Shown: one piece after another, positions 17,252 to 26,149 of the stretch | Layout of the letters: every line of letters starts with the position of its first letter | Position numbering within the stretch: the stretch's first letter is position 1 | Assembly (NCBI GenBank): GCA_965223855.1 | Contig: CBDCXM010000009.1 | Span: 640,001 to 704,000, forward strand | From: Candidatus Multivoradales bacterium | GTDB lineage: Bacteria; Acidobacteriota; Thermoanaerobaculia; Multivoradales; JAHEKO01 | Direction of reading: 5' to 3' | DNA: 64,000 nucleotides | Position numbers and translations under genes: made by a program | The notes under the pieces: generated by a model | The model's input: the letters and a program-made list of their open reading frames with translations, nothing else | Told to the model about the DNA's origin: nothing | Database searches by the model: none

Positions 17252-18051
17252 TGAACACCACCACCCTGCATGACGCCTCTGCATCCCCGGCCCGCCCGGC
17301 GCTCGGGCGGATCTACACCCTCGAGGCGAAACTCGAGTTCCTCAAGGTGCTGCGCCTGCCGGCGTTCGCCCTGCCGACGATCGCCTTCCCGGTGCTCTTC
17401 TATGCCTTCTTCGGCCTCACCTTCTCTCCGCCGGGCGGGTTCGACCTGTCGCACTACCTGCTGGCCACCTACGGTGCCTTCGGCGTCATCGGCGCCTCGC
17501 TCTTCGGCTTCGGCGTCGGGGTGGCGATCGAGCGCGGGCAGGGGTGGATGCTGCTGCGTCGCGCCAGTCCCGCCCCGCCGTCGGCCTACTTCGTCGCCAA
17601 GCTCGGCATGGCGTTTCTCTTCAGCACCATCATCGTCGCGCTGCTCTACGGCGTGGCGATCGTCTTCGGCGGCGTCGAGATGGCTCTCGCACGCTGGGCG
17701 CTTCTGGCGGCGACGCTCGTTCTCGGCAGCGTGCCTTTCTGCGCCATGGGGCTCGCGCTCGGCTATTGGTGCGGCCCCAACTCGGCGCCGGCGGTGGTGA
17801 ATCTCATCTACCTGCCGATGGGCTTCCTCTCCGGCCTCTGGATCCCCCTCCAGGTGCTGCCGGAGACGATTCAGAAGATCGCTACGATGCTGCCGGCGTT
17901 TCACTTCGCGCAGGTGGCGCTCAAGGTGATCGACATGGACGCCGGGAGCCCGCTCGGAGCGCACCTCGCCTATCTCGCTATCTTCTCCCTACTCAGCCTG
18001 GCGCTGGCGCGCCTCGGCTATCGTCGTGACGAGGACAAGACCTATGGTTAG
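17251..18051 (+). CDS. ABC-2 exporter permease (YvfS-like)
   Basis: Six TM helices, ERGQGW and FLSGLWIP motifs. TGATG coupling with the ATPase. Confidence 0.9.
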   Translation: MNTTTLHDASASPARPALGRIYTLEAKLEFLKVLRLPAFALPTIAFPVLFYAFFGLTFSPPGGFDLSHYLLATYGAFGVIGASLFGFGVGVAIERGQGWMLLRRASPAPPSAYFVAKLGMAFLFSTIIVALLYGVAIVFGGVEMALARWALLAATLVLGSVPFCAMGLALGYWCGPNSAPAVVNLIYLPMGFLSGLWIPLQVLPETIQKIATMLPAFHFAQVALKVIDMDAGSPLGAHLAYLAIFSLLSLALARLGYRRDEDKTYG

Positions 18052-19831
18052 AACACTCATGGCTGGAACCACGCGCTACCTCGCGATCCTTCTCACCTTC
18101 TTCGCCGCCGTTGTCGATGCAGACGTGCTCGTTTTCGAGAACGCCCGCGTCTTCGACGGCGAGCGCCTTCACGAGAGCCTCACCGTGATCGTCGAGGACG
18201 GTGTGATCGCCTCGCTTGGGGACGATGTCGCCATCCCCGAAGGCGCGACCTCGATCGACGCCTCCGGTGCGACGCTCCTTCCCGGCTTCATCGACAGCCA
18301 CGGCCATTCGTGGGGCGACCATCTCGAGCGCGCCGCGGTGTGGGGGGTGACGACGGTGATCGACATGTTCACCGCTCCCGGGTTCGCCGCCGAGCAGAGG
18401 GCCGCGCAGGAGGCCGGCGAGGCCGATCACCGCGCCGATCTCGTCTCGGCCGGTGTGCTCGCCACCGCCCCGGGCGGGCACGGCACCCAGTTCGGCATCG
18501 AGATCCCGACCCTGACGGCGCCCGAGGAGGCCGACGGCTGGGTCGAAGGGCGCCTCGCGGAAGGCTCGGACTTCATCAAGATCGTCCTCGAAGACGGCAC
18601 GATGGTCGGCCGTCCGATACCGACCCTCGATCCACCGACCTTCAGAGCGGTCGTCGACGCCGCGCAACGCCGCGACCAGTTGGCGGTCGTCCACGCGACG
18701 ACCCTGACGATGGCCGAGCTCGCTGCCGATGCCGGAGTCGACGGTTTCGTCCACCTGTTTCGCGACGAAGCCGCCACGGAGGCGTGGATCGCCGATCTTC
18801 TCGCCGGCGGGATGTTCGTCATCCCGACCCTGACGGTGATCGAGAGCACCACCGGGACGCCTTCCGGCGCGAGCCTCGTCGAGGACGAGCGCCTCGTCCC
18901 GTGGCTGACGGCCGTGGAGCGCAGCGGGCTGACCCAGGGCTTCCCCGCCCGACCCGAGGCCAAACTCGACACCGCGCTGGCGAGCGCAAGCCGGCTCCAT
19001 GAGGCCGGCGTGCCGATCCTCGCCGGCACCGACGCGCCCAACCCGGGCACGGCACACGGTGTCAGCATGCACCGCGAGCTCGAGCTGCTGGTCGAGGCCG
19101 GCCTGACGCCCCTCGAGGCGCTGACCGCTGCCACGGCTGCGCCGGCCGACGCCTTCGCGCTCGTCGACCGTGGCCGCATCGCCCGCGGCAGGCGGGCCGA
19201 CCTGGTGCTGGTCGACGGCGACCCGACGAGCGACATCTTCGCCACCCGGGCGATTCGCGGCGTCTGGAAGCGCGGCCAGGCGGTCGCACGGCCGGAGGTC
19301 GAAGCCGGGCCCGACCGGCCGGTGGTCTCGGGAGCCCTCGCCGACTTCGACGGGGGAGAGCTGTCCGCCCTGACCGGCTTCGGCTGGATGGAGTCCACCG
19401 ACTCGATGATGAGCGGCAAGTCGACCGTCGCCCTCGAGGTGATCGCCGGCGGCGCCGACGGAAGCACCCACGCCCTGCGGGTCCACGGGGAGGTCCGTCC
19501 CGGCTTCGCCTTTCCATGGGCGGGAGCGATGTACTTCCCTGCTTCGGGGCCGATGGCGCCGGCCGACGCGTCGGGTGCCGGAGCGCTCGTCTTCCAGGCG
19601 CGGGGCGAGCCGGCGACCTACCGGGTGATGGCGTTCGCCGAGAGTCTCGGCCAGATGCCGGCCCAGGTCTCCTTCGAGGTCGGCGAGAGCTGGTCCGAGG
19701 TCTCGATTGAGCTTTCGAGCTTCCGAGGCCTCGACCCCGCCGGCCTGACCGGTTTCCTGTGGTCGGGTGGTCCGGCGACCGGGCCGTTCGACTTCGAGAT
19801 CGATCAGATCGAACTGCGGCCGGTAGACTGA
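18044..19831 (+). CDS. Secreted amidohydrolase with C-terminal CIA30/CBM-like domain
   Basis: LLPGFIDSHGH, VHAT, VHLF, AGTDA and GRIARGRRADLVLVDGDP motifs, then a beta-rich tail (GWMESTDSMMSGKS...FDFEIDQIEL). Confidence 0.85.
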   Translation: MVRTLMAGTTRYLAILLTFFAAVVDADVLVFENARVFDGERLHESLTVIVEDGVIASLGDDVAIPEGATSIDASGATLLPGFIDSHGHSWGDHLERAAVWGVTTVIDMFTAPGFAAEQRAAQEAGEADHRADLVSAGVLATAPGGHGTQFGIEIPTLTAPEEADGWVEGRLAEGSDFIKIVLEDGTMVGRPIPTLDPPTFRAVVDAAQRRDQLAVVHATTLTMAELAADAGVDGFVHLFRDEAATEAWIADLLAGGMFVIPTLTVIESTTGTPSGASLVEDERLVPWLTAVERSGLTQGFPARPEAKLDTALASASRLHEAGVPILAGTDAPNPGTAHGVSMHRELELLVEAGLTPLEALTAATAAPADAFALVDRGRIARGRRADLVLVDGDPTSDIFATRAIRGVWKRGQAVARPEVEAGPDRPVVSGALADFDGGELSALTGFGWMESTDSMMSGKSTVALEVIAGGADGSTHALRVHGEVRPGFAFPWAGAMYFPASGPMAPADASGAGALVFQARGEPATYRVMAFAESLGQMPAQVSFEVGESWSEVSIELSSFRGLDPAGLTGFLWSGGPATGPFDFEIDQIELRPVD

Positions 19832-19842
19832 CCCAGACCGAC

Positions 19843-19878
19843 TTCCGCACTGCCTTCCGCACGGCCTTTCGCACTGCA
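19843..19878. repeat. 12-bp tandem repeat x3 (TTCCGCACTGCC-like)
   Basis: ttccgcactgcc / ttccgcacggcc / tttcgcactgca, lying between the amidohydrolase and the kinase. Confidence 0.8.
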
Positions 19879-19887
19879 GACCCCGCC

Positions 19888-20982
19888 ATGCAACTCCTCC
19901 CCAGGGATCGCGAACTCGGCTGGACCCGCTACGTCTGGCTGGTCTACCTGGTGCCGGTGTTCTTCCACCCCGTCATGTCGGGGTCGGGGCGGGACTGGGC
20001 GATCGCCGCCGGGTCCGCCGCGCTCCTGGTGCCGCTCTACTTCCTCGGCTACTGGTGCACCGGTCGACGCCTGCTGGCCGTCATCGCGGGCATCACGCTC
20101 CTCGGCATTCTCACCGCCCCGCTGAACTCCGGGGCCGCCGGCTACTTCATCTATGCCGCCAGTTTCGTCGGCCGGCTGGGGCGACCGCGGGTCGGGGTTC
20201 GCTACCTCCTCGCGATCCTCTCCATCCTGCTGCTCGAAGCGTGGCTCGTTGGCTTCCCCTACCGTTCGTGGATCTGGGCGGCCGCTTTCACTCTGATCGT
20301 CGGCGGCATCAACATCCACTTCAGCGACGCGGCTCGCAGGCAGGCGAAGCTCAAGCTCGCCCACGACGAGGTCGAACGTCTAGCCACGATGGCGGAACGA
20401 GAGCGGATCGCCCGCGACCTGCACGACGTGCTCGGGCACACGCTGTCGCTGATCACGATCAAGGCGGGTCTCGCGGCGAGACTGGCGGAGGAGGATCCGG
20501 CCCGCACCCGGCGTGAGGTCGAGGAGATCGAAGAGATCGCACGCTCGGCGCTCGGCGACGTGCGCCGCACGGTCTCCGGCTATCGCTACCTCTCGCTCGG
20601 TGCCGAAGTGGCGCGCGCCAAGGTCGCGCTGGCGGCCGCCGGCATCGATACGGAAGTGCGCCCCTCGCCCTTCGACCTCGACGCCGAGCGTGAGAGCGCC
20701 CTGGCGCTGGCGCTCCGAGAGGGAGTGACCAACGTAGTGCGCCATTCGGGCGCCGAGTCGTGCCGCATCGGGTTCCGGCAGGCGGACGGGCGCTTCGAGC
20801 TCGAGATCGTCGATGACGGACGCGGCGGCGACTCGCCCGAGGGCAACGGTCTGGCCGGCATGCGCGAGCGCATCGCAGCACTCGGCGGCACCGTGATGCG
20901 GGACGGCAGCCGCGGTACCCGCCTCGGGATCGAGGTGCCGCTCGATCCCGCCACGCCGCGACGCGAGGCGATCGGCTCGTGA
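19888..20982 (+). CDS. DesK/YvfT-like sensor histidine kinase (HisKA_3)
   Basis: ERERIARDLHDVLGHTLS, REGVTNVVRHS, DDGRG and GNGLAGMRER motifs, with an N-terminal TM region. Confidence 0.92.
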   Translation: MQLLPRDRELGWTRYVWLVYLVPVFFHPVMSGSGRDWAIAAGSAALLVPLYFLGYWCTGRRLLAVIAGITLLGILTAPLNSGAAGYFIYAASFVGRLGRPRVGVRYLLAILSILLLEAWLVGFPYRSWIWAAAFTLIVGGINIHFSDAARRQAKLKLAHDEVERLATMAERERIARDLHDVLGHTLSLITIKAGLAARLAEEDPARTRREVEEIEEIARSALGDVRRTVSGYRYLSLGAEVARAKVALAAAGIDTEVRPSPFDLDAERESALALALREGVTNVVRHSGAESCRIGFRQADGRFELEIVDDGRGGDSPEGNGLAGMRERIAALGGTVMRDGSRGTRLGIEVPLDPATPRREAIGS

Positions 20983-21581
20983 TCCGCATCGTCGTCGCCG
21001 AAGACCAGGCGATGGTGCGCGGCGCTCTCGCGGCGCTCCTCGAGACCGAGGGTGACCTGACTGTGGTCGCCTGCGCCGACGACGGCGAGCAGGCCCTCGA
21101 TCGGATCGCCGAGCACGACCCCGACGTCGTCGTCACAGACATCGAGATGCCCCGCCGCACCGGCCTCGAGCTGGCGAGCGAGCTGCGCTCCCGCGGGCCC
21201 CGCCCGCGGGTCCTCATCCTCACCACCTTTGCCCGCCCCGGCTACCTGCGGCGCGCCCTCGAGGCGGGCGCCTCCGGCTACCTGCTCAAGGACTCCCCCG
21301 CCTCGGAGCTCGCTCAAGCGATCCGCCAGGTCCACGCCGGCGGGCGGGCGATCGACCCCGAGCTCGCCGCCGAAGCGTGGAGCGAGCCCGACCCCCTGAC
21401 CGACCGCGAGCGTCAGGTGCTGCGGCTCGCCGGCGAGGGCAAGACCGGCGCCCGGATCGCCGCCGATCTGCACCTGTCCGAAGGGACGGTGCGCAACTAT
21501 CTCTCCGAGGCGATCTCGAAGCTCGGCGTCACCAATCGGATCGAGGCGGCGCGGCTGGCCCGGCAGCGCGGGTGGCTCTAA
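20979..21581 (+). CDS. DesR/YvfU-like NarL-family response regulator
   Basis: REC domain (AEDQ, TDIEMP, TTFARPGY, LLKD) and LuxR HTH (LSEGTVRNYLS). Confidence 0.93.
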   Translation: MIRIVVAEDQAMVRGALAALLETEGDLTVVACADDGEQALDRIAEHDPDVVVTDIEMPRRTGLELASELRSRGPRPRVLILTTFARPGYLRRALEAGASGYLLKDSPASELAQAIRQVHAGGRAIDPELAAEAWSEPDPLTDRERQVLRLAGEGKTGARIAADLHLSEGTVRNYLSEAISKLGVTNRIEAARLARQRGWL

Positions 21582-21635
21582 CCCCATCGATCCGCTCGGA
21601 AGGGAGCCGAGTCTCGACCCGGCCCGGCTTCGGTC

Positions 21636-22856
21636 TCAGTTACCGATGCACGAGAAGACGCCAGGGCCGGCGCCGAAGACGACCTGAGCCTTCCCCTGCC
21701 AATCGACCCGGCCGCAGACGGTCCCGGTCGAGGCCGTCTCACCCGGGCACCGGCCGAACTGGACGACCGGCCTCGGACCGCCGTCGCGGGGGTAGGCGAA
21801 CATCCGGCCACGGTGCATGAAGCCCGCACGATGGACGCTCGGCTGCAGTCCCCACAGCTCCTGCGGGTCGGCAACGTCGACGCTGCCTTCGAGCTCGAGA
21901 GTGAGCGCGAACTTGGAGAGGATGTGCCCCGCCCCTCGCGCCAGATCGACGAGCGAGAGGTCGCCCGCGATCCCTGCCGATGCCCCTCCCACGAGCTCGA
22001 TGTCGTCGTCGTTGCGGACGCTCTCGAGCGTCAGGAACGTCCGGGCGTCGGCCTCGAGTGTCTCCACCAGCCCCATCGCGGTCGCCTCGGACTCGGAGGC
22101 GGCCTCTCCAGCAGCGCCGGCGGTAGCCTCCTGGGCGGCCGCAACAGCCGCCTGCAACTGGTCGAGCGGTAGCCCGGCGGCGGCCAGCGCCTCCGTGTCC
22201 AGGTTGGCCATCCCCTCCATGATCTCCTGCTCCTCCTCCTCGTCGGGGACCGGCAGCTCGTCCTCCTCCAGGAGGATTCCGGTCGGGTTGTCGCTCCAGA
22301 AGGCGTAGTCACCGGAAACCTCGACGCCGCCAGCAACCCCCGCGACCGTACCCACTACCCAGCAGGCGCGCTGGAGACGGCGGAGGATCAGCTCCTGTTG
22401 AACCTCGACCCGGTAGCGGTCTACCCAGTTGTAATCCAGCTTGGCGGCTCGGACTTCGATGCCGCGACTCGACCGCAGCAGGCGGTGGAAGCGCCTCCCT
22501 CCCTGCTCACCGTCGTAGGAGTAGTAGATGAAGGCACCGGCCCCGTGCTCGGCAAGTGTTTCGGGCCATTCACTTCGGGACAGCTCTTCTCCGTCGTAGA
22601 CGACCCGGCGGATCGTGGAGACGATCTCGGCTTCGAACACGCCGACTTCCGTCGGCTTGAAGGTAGCCGTGTAGCGGATCCATCTCGTATCGGTACCGAG
22701 ATCGAGTTCGGTCGTACACCGCACCTCGTTCGCGCCGGCCGGAAGCTCCAACTCGATGGGCCCCGCCTCCAGCGAACAGGGTACCGACGCTGCAAGGGGC
22801 CCGAGGCCGGCGAGGAGGCCAAGCACCACCTGCCAGCCGAGCGTCGCCTGCCTCAC
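21636..22856 (-). CDS. Hypothetical secreted protein
   Basis: GGAGGAG RBS before GTG 22856, signal-like N terminus, globular-looking sequence with an acidic central linker. Upstream part of the ORF track entry is a shadow frame. Confidence 0.65.
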   Translation of the reverse strand: MRQATLGWQVVLGLLAGLGPLAASVPCSLEAGPIELELPAGANEVRCTTELDLGTDTRWIRYTATFKPTEVGVFEAEIVSTIRRVVYDGEELSRSEWPETLAEHGAGAFIYYSYDGEQGGRRFHRLLRSSRGIEVRAAKLDYNWVDRYRVEVQQELILRRLQRACWVVGTVAGVAGGVEVSGDYAFWSDNPTGILLEEDELPVPDEEEEQEIMEGMANLDTEALAAAGLPLDQLQAAVAAAQEATAGAAGEAASESEATAMGLVETLEADARTFLTLESVRNDDDIELVGGASAGIAGDLSLVDLARGAGHILSKFALTLELEGSVDVADPQELWGLQPSVHRAGFMHRGRMFAYPRDGGPRPVVQFGRCPGETASTGTVCGRVDWQGKAQVVFGAGPGVFSCIGN

Positions 22857-22984
22857 GACTCCTCCGGGACCGGCGTCGGAACGATTCGTCTTCGCATGAA
22901 AGGCCTCCTCGGACAAGGGCGGAACGTACCGATGAATCCTGCCACACACGCGAGGGCCGATCCGAGCTCGCGGAACTCGCGCGG

Positions 22985-24928
22985 TCAGCGCCGCAGATCG
23001 ACCTCCGGGGCGAGACGCAGAGCCCGCTCGCTCGCGTGCGCCGCCTCGTCGCTGCGGCCCGTCTGCTCGAGCAGCAGCGCCAGCTTGTGCCACGCCACGC
23101 CGTCGGAAGGCCAGCGCCGGGTGAGCGCCTCGAGGCCGGCCTGGGCGAGGTCGACGCGGCCGGTGCGCTCGGCGAGATCGACCCGGAGGCGCCACGGCTG
23201 CTCGGCGGACGGGAACATCTCGATCACCATCTGGCTGTCTTCGAGGGTCCCGGCGATGTCGCCGCGATCGAGCCGCAGGCGTGCACGGGCGAGGCGAGCC
23301 GAAGGGCGGGAGGGGTCGAGAGCCAGCGCGTCGCCGAGCGCCGCCAATGCCGCATCGATTTCGCCGCGGGCCATCAGCACGAGGGCGCGGGTCTCGTGCA
23401 GATCCGCCCGCGACAGGAGTGGTGTCAGCGGCGACGACGCTGTCGGCGTGACGGCGGCCTCGCTGCCCGGAGCCGGCAGACGGCCGAACCACTCCGCCGC
23501 TTCGTCGAAGCGGCCGAGCGTCGCCAGCCCCATCGCGCGCACCGCCGCCTCCCAGGTCGCGCCGGCCGGCGTCGCCAGCGCTTCCGCGATCGAGGAGCGC
23601 CCCCACAACTCCAACACGCCGTCGCGATCCTGGAACTGACGATGAGGGATGCCCTGCTCGGGCGGCGGAGTCCGGCGGCGGATCCAGTGGTCGGCGGAGC
23701 GCACGTGAGTGAGGTCGAACGGCTGGCTGCGGCGAACGTGACAGTCGACGCATCCCGCTGCGCTGCGCCCCGGCTCCCCCGTGACCGCCTCGACCTCGAG
23801 ATCCGCCGGCCGCGAGCACCCCTCCGCCTCGTGGCAGGACTGACAGCGCGCGTCGAAGGACGCGGTGCCCTGCGCCGCGACGCCGCGGTGGGCTTCGTGG
23901 CAGGTGGAGCAGGTCATCGCGGGTGAAGCGGTGAAGCAGGCGGAGAGTTCGAGACGCTCGTGCTGACCGACGAAGCGGAAGTCGTCGCCCGGGTCGCCGG
24001 CGACGAGGGTCGGCAGCCGTGCCGCCAGCGATGCGGCGCGATGGGGGCCGTTCGCCGGGCCGGTCAACTCCCATCGGAAGTCGCCCTGAAGGTGACAGCG
24101 GGCGCAGACGTCGAGCTGCACCCGCGCCGGCAGCGCGGCGAGATCGTCGAGCCCCTGGTCGAGGGCGATCTCGTCGCCGGCGACGACGGCGAGATGGAGT
24201 TCGGTCGACCCGTGGCACGCTTCGCAGCCGATGCCCCTCAGGTGATCGAACGCCTCGGCCCCCAGGGCGTTGGCGGGATAGAGGTGGTGCCCTCCGGGCT
24301 GCGAGCCGCGGTGCGCATCCGGCAGCTCGACCAGCGGCTGATCGACATGGCAGGTGAGGCAGCCCTCGGTCAGAGCGAGATCCGCTCCCGCAGCCGGTTC
24401 ACTCTCCTCGAACGGCGCCAGCACCAGCTCGCCCCCCATCGTCTCGAGCGGCGCGAAGTAGAGCCGGTCGGTCAGCGAACCGTCGACGACGTCCGCCTCC
24501 GCGGTGACCCAGGAGTTGCCGAAGTTGCCGGCGCCGATGCGGCCGACGATCTTCTGCCGCCGCATGCCGCCGTCGCTTTCGGACGTCGTCAACCACCCGC
24601 CGTCGGCCGACGCCTCCACGGTGTAGCTCCGGGCCAGGTCGGGATGCTCGACCCGTCCGGCAACCACAGCGCCCACCGGCTGTACGCTGCGCGCCATGCC
24701 GTGATCGGCGGTGTAGCTCGCGACCACGTCCGGATGGCAGCCGGCGCAGCTTTCGGCGCCCCGCGGCAGCAGAGTGTTCGCCTCGACCTCCGTCCTCGCC
24801 GCAGCCGTCGCGCTCAACGTCTCGTCGGCCGCGGGCGGCTCGGGCTGTCGCTCGGATGGCGGCTCGCCCCCGCCGCACGCCGCCAGCAGCAGGGCGAGCA
24901 GCGGCGCGCCCGTGAGGCTCAGTCTCAC
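22985..24928 (-). CDS. Multiheme c-type cytochrome lipoprotein (7 CxxCH) with C-terminal TPRs
   Basis: LAAC lipobox; CAGCH, CLTCH, CEACH, CARCH, CSTCH, CQSCH and CVDCH; TPR-like helices (ALALDPS, ALRLAPE). Confidence 0.88.
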   Translation of the reverse strand: MRLSLTGAPLLALLLAACGGGEPPSERQPEPPAADETLSATAAARTEVEANTLLPRGAESCAGCHPDVVASYTADHGMARSVQPVGAVVAGRVEHPDLARSYTVEASADGGWLTTSESDGGMRRQKIVGRIGAGNFGNSWVTAEADVVDGSLTDRLYFAPLETMGGELVLAPFEESEPAAGADLALTEGCLTCHVDQPLVELPDAHRGSQPGGHHLYPANALGAEAFDHLRGIGCEACHGSTELHLAVVAGDEIALDQGLDDLAALPARVQLDVCARCHLQGDFRWELTGPANGPHRAASLAARLPTLVAGDPGDDFRFVGQHERLELSACFTASPAMTCSTCHEAHRGVAAQGTASFDARCQSCHEAEGCSRPADLEVEAVTGEPGRSAAGCVDCHVRRSQPFDLTHVRSADHWIRRRTPPPEQGIPHRQFQDRDGVLELWGRSSIAEALATPAGATWEAAVRAMGLATLGRFDEAAEWFGRLPAPGSEAAVTPTASSPLTPLLSRADLHETRALVLMARGEIDAALAALGDALALDPSRPSARLARARLRLDRGDIAGTLEDSQMVIEMFPSAEQPWRLRVDLAERTGRVDLAQAGLEALTRRWPSDGVAWHKLALLLEQTGRSDEAAHASERALRLAPEVDLRR

Positions 24929-26100
24929 TCGACGGCGACGGTCAGACGCACGATCGGCGCACCATCGGAGAAGAGCCCGGTCAGAGTCTCTTCCGAGAAG
25001 TCGAACTCGAGATCGACCGGTCGGCCGGTCTCGGGATCGTGACTGCCGATCATCTTGCCGAGCTTTACGCGGCCGGTGTCGGCGGAGGCAATCACTTCGC
25101 CGCCGTCGAGCAGCTCTACCGTCGCCGCTGCGGAGCGCTGGAAGGTCGTCGCCCGCAGGTGAACGGTGACGACGAGGCGGTGCTTCCCTTTGCGCCCGCG
25201 CCGGGTCGCATCCACCAGCGCGACGCTGACGTCGTCTGCCCGGTAGGGACGCAGCTCGTCGGTGCGCCAGGCGGCCCCTTCAGGATAGCGATGCACCGGG
25301 CCGAGCTCGAACTCGAGCGTCATCGGCGACTCCATCTCGATCGTCTGGCTCGCCTCGCGCTTGCGCTCGGAGCGCACCTTCACAGCCGGCTCGGCCTTCG
25401 GCGGCGCGGGGGTGACCGGCGCAGGGGCGGCGGTCGGTGCGGGCTCCGGAGCCGACTCCTGCGGCGCGGGAGCGGGAGGCTCAGGGACCGCTTCCGGTGT
25501 TGCGGGAGCCGCCTCGACCGCCGCAGGCGAGACCGGGTCGGGCGATGCCGGCGCTGTGTCGGCGACGGGAGGCGTCTCCCTGCCGGCAGGCAGGTAGAGC
25601 GTCGCGGGCAGTGCCTCGCGGGTCGCCCAGTCGTCTGTCGACAACTCGGTGCGCTCGCGGAAACCGCCCTGTTCGAGTGCCTCGAGCGCCACGCTCAGCG
25701 AGATCTTCTCGCCGCCGCCGTCGACCATCACCCCCTCCGCAGTGACGCCGCTGAGCGAAGGGACGAAGGTCACGGTCCCGCTCTCTCCCCTGCTGGTCGC
25801 CCAGGATTCCTGCCATCGCCCGCTCGATGCATCGAAGGTGAGAAGCGCCCGTTCCCGGGAACCGTCTTCGAGTTCGCGAACCTCCTCCACCGCACAGCCA
25901 CCGAGGAGCGGCGTGAGACGGGTCGTTCCGAGCAAACGGCCATCGGCCTCGGCGACGATCCGCCATTCTCCGAGGAAGGGCGCTATGGCGCCGTAGCGCG
26001 ACTCGCTCTCGCAAACCGCATCCGCCGCACCCGCAGGAAGTGGCGCAAGCAGCAGGAAGGAGACGACTGCCGGTAGAGCCCTGGTCACGGAGCGCAGCAT
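24925..26100 (-). CDS. Secreted two-domain protein (DUF1579-like N domain, Pro/Ala linker)
   Basis: Signal peptide, FLGEW..LGGCAVEE..WQESW motif and PAPEP-rich linker. Stop overlaps the cytochrome start. Confidence 0.65.
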   Translation of the reverse strand: MLRSVTRALPAVVSFLLLAPLPAGAADAVCESESRYGAIAPFLGEWRIVAEADGRLLGTTRLTPLLGGCAVEEVRELEDGSRERALLTFDASSGRWQESWATSRGESGTVTFVPSLSGVTAEGVMVDGGGEKISLSVALEALEQGGFRERTELSTDDWATREALPATLYLPAGRETPPVADTAPASPDPVSPAAVEAAPATPEAVPEPPAPAPQESAPEPAPTAAPAPVTPAPPKAEPAVKVRSERKREASQTIEMESPMTLEFELGPVHRYPEGAAWRTDELRPYRADDVSVALVDATRRGRKGKHRLVVTVHLRATTFQRSAAATVELLDGGEVIASADTGRVKLGKMIGSHDPETGRPVDLEFDFSEETLTGLFSDGAPIVRLTVAVE

Positions 26101-26149
26101 CTGCGAGCAGTCTAGCAAGGGTCGTGCTTTGTCCTCCCCCGTCGAGCTG

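Noticed and set aside
19843-19878. Short repeats as a possible CRISPR or iteron array
   Set aside because: The units are contiguous 12-mers without spacers, and no cas or rep genes are present.
22857-24218. N-terminal half of the 860-aa ORF 21636..24218
   Set aside because: Arg-rich alternative frame overlapping the cytochrome gene. A strong RBS marks the real start at 22856.
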